DNA of 64,000 nt from Octopus vulgaris. Taxonomy: Eukaryota. The notes beneath the pieces are model-generated. The model did no database searches. It was not told where the DNA came from and saw only the letters and a program-made list of their open reading frames with translations. Positions 57,092-64,000 of the stretch are shown in pieces. Every line of letters begins with the position of its first letter. Within the stretch, counting starts at the first letter, position 1. Position numbers and translations under genes: made by a program. The stretch is taken from NCBI GenBank assembly GCA_951406725.2, contig OX597815.1:166780001-166844000 (forward strand), read 5' to 3'.

Positions 57092-57986
57092 CACATATAT
57101 GTTTGTGTATACCATATTCTTTATACATGTTTATGTTTATATACATAAACGTATACACACACACACCTAATATATATATATAAACTTTCTCATAACCTTC
57201 TACATCTGAACGGTTGTAAAGTAAGGCCGGTCATTAGGTTAATTGCCTGGGGTAATTATCAGATTGTATTTTGTGTATACAGAAATTTATACACGTTAAA
57301 TAAGATTTCATGTTTAAATTGGAAACTGGTTAGTGTTGTTGAATGCATATTTCGTTCCTTGTGTCTCGTCAAATGTTATCCATTTTAAGTTTAAATTTTT
57401 AGACCGCTAATTAGTACTACAATATTTTGTTTGCTATCGTTGTTGCTGCTAATTATAAAAAGAAAAGCGTCTTGATAAATCCAAGGTTTTTAAGTTCAAA
57501 TTTCGTAATGAAAAATAGCAAAACTATTAAAGGTAATCAGTGTAATATAAATATAAGTACATGAACAGACAATGAAAATGGCGTCTCTAATGTTTATACC
57601 AAGACTGAGCTGATATCAAACGCTCATTATAATTATGAAGTATTATGATTGCATAGCTGTGTACATGTAGATTAGAAGAAATAAATACTTAGATATAAAC
57701 GAAGATGGGTCTCCAAGCGCTTTTTGGATTTCGGAAAATTTGACGTAGTTTAACAATACTTTCTCCAGGAAATTATAAAACAAAGTTAGAGCAATAGAAA
57801 ACGGCAGAAAAGCTGAAATAGTAAAGCACTTTAAATTTTTATGAATCTCTACCAAAACAAAAACCGATTCCATAATTGTTAGACGGAAACTGTATGGAAG
57901 CCCATCGCATATATACATATGTGTGTGCGTGTGCTTGTGTGTGTGCGTGCTTGTCTGAGTATGTGAATGTGTATGTGTATGTGTGT

Positions 57987-58018
<32 letters not shown>

Positions 58019-60404
58019 TGATATATGTGTATTTTTGTCTTTTTGTTGGTGAACCGGTAACGGTTTGTTTACGTCATAGTGAGCTAGCGGTTCGGCAAAG
58101 AGATAAATATAATATGCCCCAAACTTAAGCCTTCAATGCAGTACTCCAGCATGTCCGCAGGTCAATGACTGAAGCACATGAAAACAAAATAATAATAGCA
58201 GATAAACACAGTGACCGCTTGAAAACTATTAGGACATTTAAACGAATTCAGTGTCGTAATTAACCTTCAACAAAAATTTGGTTTTGTCTTCCAATTAAAT
58301 GTATTATATAATTTAATGAAAGGACAGAAAAACATTGGTATTGATTAAGGAATATGAATGACAGCTTTTTCGATTATTCGAATAACCAAGAAATGAAAGA
58401 AGAGTAGGGGACATTGAATAAGGAAGGCAATGACACTTTGTCATTGAAAACGATGTAATTGATTGCTGCAATGATTAGGGTCAACTGAAGTATAATGTTT
58501 CTACCAGGAACCTTTCACCAACTGTCAATATAAATATCAAAGAAAAGTGAACCATCGAGGGATCTTCCAAGCGGCCTCTTTAGCTTCTAGAAATAGCAAC
58601 CGAATTTTACTCAAACAATACATGGTGTGCTTTATGATTATAGAACCTAGCAAAAAAGAACTACCATGCAGAAAAAAACGATAACTACGAATTAATGAAA
58701 TAATTGCAAATGTTGAAGTCAGGGATTACAATTACAGAGAAGACAAATGATAACTTCGTCGAATTCAGTAACACAGTGAGAATTACTTCAAAGACTCGGA
58801 TAACAACATCAGCAAGGAAGACGATAGTTGCTTCAAATTTTGGCACAAGGCCAGCAGTTGGGGAGGGTGCAGTCGATTAGATCGACTCCAGTAGTTTACT
58901 GGTAGTTTATTTTATCGATTCCGAAAGAATGGAAGGTAGAGTTGACCTCGGCGGTATTTGAACTCAGACGGCAACGAGACGGAAGAAATGCCGCTAAGCA
59001 TTCATTTTGTTAGGCCAGTTCACCGCTGTTTTGTTCTATCAGTTCACCGCTCTAATAACTCTTTCTACGGGAAGCACAGAGCCTCAAATTTGGGAGAAGG
59101 GATCAAGTCGATTAGAACCATCCCAGTGCGTAACTGGTACTTATTTAATCGTTCCCGAAAGGATGAAAGGCAAAGTCAACCTCGGCGGAATTTGAACTCC
59201 GATCGTAGCGGTAGACAAAATACCGCTAAACATTTCGCCCGGCGTGTTAGCGATTCTGCCAGCACACCGCCTTTCACCGCCCTAATAATGGTTTCTGATT
59301 TAGGCACGAAGCGAACAATTGCTAAAGCGTAAGGTCTTAGTTGACACCATCGATCATAGTCTTTCACAGCTTTATTTGTCTTCATTTCATCAGCCCTGAT
59401 AAGTAGACACGACAGATTGGTTTAAAGTTTCTCTCCACTCAGGACATCTAAGCATTTGCCGATAAAATATTGTATAAAAGGCAAATTTGAGTCCAGCGGG
59501 ATTTGAACCCAGAATGTAAAGAAACGGGGGAAAAAAAATTATTAGGCATAATAATAATAATAATAATATCCTGATGCTGTAACGATTCTGCCAGCTCGCC
59601 AATCACGAGTTTAAACTATGAAATGAGAATCCGTAAACAGTCTGGAACGAATCATTGACATCTCATGAGAAAATGATGAAGAGTGTAGAGAGGAAAGGGA
59701 CACACGATGAAGGGTGTACACATGATAATGGAATTGCCAAACAAGTGTGTTCTTTAATTCGTTTTTAGTATACTATTTTTTTGTCTTTTTCGCTTTTTTT
59801 TTTTTTGCTTCTTCCCTATTTTATTATATATGATTTTTTTTTATTATTCTCGTTCCTTCGTCGTTTTCGCAATCACATCTGGAAAATGTGAATACCTTTG
59901 GGTTTGGTTGTTTACAGAGATGTTGGTCGGTCGGTCGGTCGGTCGGTCGGACGGTCGGTCTGTGGGATGGAGGGTGAGGTGTTGAGAGAGAAATATGGTG
60001 AATGTGAACTGAAATGCTTCCTTGTGTGTGTGTGTGTGTGTGTGTGCGTGTTTGTGTGTGAATATTTGCGTATGAGTGTGTATTTGCGTGTGTGTTTGCG
60101 TGTTTTTCTGTATGTATTTGAATGTGTGTGCATTTGAGTGTGTGCGTATTTGAATGTGTGTATGTCTATGTGAGCGTCTCTGTGTGTGTCTATGAGTGCT
60201 CTGTGTGTGTGTCTATGTCTGCGTCTGTGTGTGCGTGTCTATGTGTGCGTCTGTGTGTGTGTGTGTCTATGTGTGCATCTGTGTATGTGTCTATGTGTAT
60301 GTCCGTGTGTGTGTATAGTTGATGCATGTTTCTGGGTAGGTGGGTGTATGTGTGTTTTCTGTTCATGTTTTGATGCTATACATTTTGATTGTTGTTGCTG
60401 CTGT

Positions 60405-60580
60405 TCTGTTTAGCCCCAGGTAAATCCTGAGTGAACAGAGCTATGATCAAAGGCATTCCAAGCGTGACCAACACGTTGTTTCCTATGTGCATAGAGCTCA
60501 GGAACTCATTAAACGATAAGTTCTTATTTGAAGAATATTTGGCTGCTGTTTCTAGCAGGTTAGGTAGCCAGTTAAAGGCA
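60405..60580 (+). repeat. Old dispersed repeat family E (others ~3830-4270, 21780-22010-, 37770-38010, 39230-39330-, 45960-46150, 47780-47970, 63620-63870)
   Basis: Shared TTTAGCCCCAGG..ATGATCAAAGGCATTCCA..GATTTGGCTGCTATTTCTAGCAGG motifs. Confidence 0.6.
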
Positions 60581-61543
60581 CTTTCGTTTCTCGTTGTGTG
60601 TGTGTGGGGGTGGGCATATGCGTATGTGTGTATGTGTGCGTGTGTGTGTATGTGATTGTGTCGGTGTACGAGTTTTGTCATGTTTTGTATGTGTTTGTGT
60701 ATGTGTGTTTGTGTGTGTGTGTATGTGTGTGTGTGTGTGTGTGAGTGTGTGTGTATGTGTGTGTGCTTGCTTCGTTTATGATATAAATATTTTATGTCAT
60801 TTGTATGTGTTTGTCTGCGTATAAAGTAGAAACGTATATGTTGGTGTATGTGTGCACCTTTTAAAAAGTATACGTTGTAGGTCCAGCAAAAAAAAAATGT
60901 GAATAAATAAATAAATAAATAAATAGGGGCAAGGAGGAGGAGGGGAACGAGAAGAAGAAGAAGAAGAAGAGGTGAAAGAGAAGGAAGAGGAGAGGACACT
61001 AAAAGGAGTGATGGCAGTAGAACGGGAGCAAGATGGGGCACTTGCTACGGAGAGGCGGGAAGAGAATATAGAGAGAACAGAGGCTGTTCAGAGTGAGATA
61101 ACGATTACGAGAGGGGTGTGTATATATGTGTGTCTACATATAATATATGAGTGTGTGTTTATGGGTGTATATGTGTGCGTGTGTGGATTTATGTGTGTGT
61201 GCGTATTTGTGTGAGAGAAAGTGACAGGGTGAAGGAGAGAAAACGGAAACGAAAGAAGTAGGGAAATGAAAGCAGAAGGGAAAAAAAAATAGTGAGAAAA
61301 AGACAAAGAGACAGGTGGGAATAAAAGAAAGAGAGAAGAGAATATCGTGTGGGCATGGGGAAGATGAAAGGGTGTGTAATATATTCTGGAGCAAAAAAAA
61401 ATGCCCACCGAGATTTTTGTAATAATACTTTCTCACATAAAAATAATAAATTCTATCGTGGTTTCAATGACGAAAGGTTGTTGGCCTCGAAATGGAGAAA
61501 GGGTGAATGAAAGTGGTATGAGAGAGTTTCACAACGTTTGTGT

Positions 61544-61608
<65 letters not shown>

Positions 61609-61829
61609 TGTGTGTGATTGAAAGGGAAAATGAGGGAGAAGTAGAGAGAGAGAGAGAGAGAGAAATGATGACCAGGTCCTTACGGTGAGAAACCATGTGT
61701 GCATTTGTGTTTGTGTGTGGGAGTGTGTGTATATATATCTTCAAGCAAAATCTGCCCGACGTAATTGTGTATGTATATATATATGTGTGTGTATGTATCT
61801 CTGTGTGTGCACGCTCGCGTATGTGCGTG

Positions 61830-61860
<31 letters not shown>

Positions 61861-64000
61861 GTGTGTGTGTGTGTGTGTGTGTTTATCAATGTGGTTACAA
61901 TATTCAATATCTCTTAGTTGTAGGGTACTTTGATTTTCCACCCCCACGAAGCTGCAGGCTGCAATGCAGACAATTGCATAGAATGTGAAGGCTGAGGGTT
62001 TTTGCTGTTGAACACTGCCCTGAGTGTCTTATTACCTATACATAAATACATGCATATACAAACAAACACACATACATACAGATAGATAAATCCATTGATG
62101 ATATATATATATATATATATGTACTTTTATTCTTTTACTTGTTTCAGTCATTTGACTGCGGCTATGCAGGACTTATTCTTTGTAAGCCTAGTACTTATTC
62201 TATTGGTCTTTGTGCCGAACCGCTAAGTTACGGAGTCGTAAAATCACAAACATCGGTTGTCAAGCGATGGTGGGGGGGACAAACACAGACACACACACAA
62301 ACATATATGTATATATACGACGGGCTTCTTTCAGTTTCCATCAACCAAATCCATTCCCAAGATTTTGGTCGGCCCGAGGCTGTAGTAGAACACTTGCTCA
62401 AAACGCCATGCAGTGGGACTGAACCCAGAAACATGTGGTTGGTAAGCAAGCTGCTTACCACACAGCCACTCCTTCCACCCCTCATGATGTAACTGGTACG
62501 TGTAGTACGATTTTTAACGTTTTATATCTAAGAAAATTCACTCTGTTCCTCTAATCACAAATTATTTAAGATAAGTTTTGATCAGTTGCCCTTGTTGATC
62601 TAAAGGTTACCTTTCCAATTATCGCTTTGCAATTTTAGATAATTACCTCCTTTATAGGGGGCATGGCTCTCTGTTGCCGCCATTGTTGTTGATTTTTGTT
62701 GCTGGTCCAGATCTGCTTTGGATAAATACTCGTAGGATTAAAGGTTCGCTCGATCAAAATTGACCAGGGTCAAATGACAACAACGCTACCAACAAGGAAG
62801 TTGTTTGTTTTGCTTGGAATAGCGGGTAAATCCACCAAGAACCCCACCCTTCCAAAAAGTCACACCCCAGCTATCACGCGTCTCGTTTAAAATGAAGACC
62901 CCTGAGGTAATGTGAATCGTCCGTAATATTAAAATATAACGAAAAAAACAATTAAATAAGGACAGAGTACGCTTGCCAGGAGCCAGGGTGTAGCAACAAC
63001 AATAATTATCAACAATAACAGCAACAACAACAATGAAAACAATGCGATTCCCTCAGAGCCATTTGTCTGCCGCCCTTTTTAAAAACCACCACCATCACCG
63101 CCTCTACCACTACCCCTACAACCACTACCACTATACCACCGCTCACACCACCACTTGGTCCTTCTGCCTGTTCATTTGATTGTAAGTATTCCAGACCAGG
63201 TCGCAGACCCTTTCTTACCCTACTCTCGTTTATACGAGCCCTGCTAATATAAAGATCCATGGATGCAACCTCTTATAGTGTCAGCTAAATGGTTAAAAGT
63301 AAGATAAAATAAAACAAAAATAAAATAAAATAAATGATTATCACTGAATATTGCAAGCTGACAGAATCGTTAGTACACCAGGCAAAATGCTTAGCGGTAT
63401 TTTGTCCACCTTTACATTCTGAGTTCGAATTCCGCCCAGGTCGACTCTGCCTTTTATCCTTTCGGGGTCAATAAAAGAAGTACCCGTTCAGCACTAGGGT
63501 CAATGTAATCAATTTCCACCATTCCCGAAATTGTTTGCTCTGTGCAAAAATATTGAAATCAATATTGATATTTAAAGCCCCATTAAACCCATGATCACAA
63601 GACACGTCATCCGTGACAGTCCAGATTAATCTTATTGTTCCCGCTATAAATTAATATTCGACTCTGCAAGCACTGTTAACTAATATGTACATTAGAGAGA
63701 ATCTTATTCAAGATTATCTAATGTGTCCCATTCTTGTTTAAGAAAAGAGTCTTGTAATTTCAATCAATGAGACAGACAGACAGACAGACAGACAGACATA
63801 GACGAAGAGGAATTTGGCTGATATTTCTAGCAAGCCGCGCAACCATTTAGTGGCATCACTCATTGGCTCGTGTTATTTAATGTAAACAAAAACGTATGTG
63901 ATTACATTTCTTCGCGCGCGTACACACACGCACACACACACACACACACACATGCACACACATACATACGTACGTACGTACACACGTGCACACACACACA

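Overview
AT-rich, microsatellite-dense eukaryotic DNA. The SINE families and repeat style suggest a coleoid cephalopod, probably Octopus (inference). The only host gene is a minus-strand SoxE (Sox8/9/10 group) transcription factor. Its second coding exon (17965-18311) carries the C-terminal half of the HMG box, and its last exon (15907-16868) carries K2, polyA/polyQ and the C-terminal tail. Exon 1 is not in the window, so 18312-64000 is apparently one intron of more than 45 kb. The rest is transposon debris: three or more SINE families, Penelope-like element (PLE) RT fragments, a young CR1/L2-type LINE fragment, three stacked REL-endonuclease LINE ends, maT (DD37D) and mariner DNA transposons, hAT- and Helitron-like MITEs, and a 100-N gap. 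The most interesting signal is a set of minimal type I hammerhead ribozyme (HHR) motifs at 2884, 5494, 6519, 12260 and 23433. They include non-canonical position 3/8 core variants and one greatly expanded stem II. Several sit in small non-coding cassettes bounded by inverted repeats or a 13-bp target-site duplication, resembling retrozymes or PLE inverted pLTRs. Almost all ORFs in the supplied track are microsatellite artefacts.
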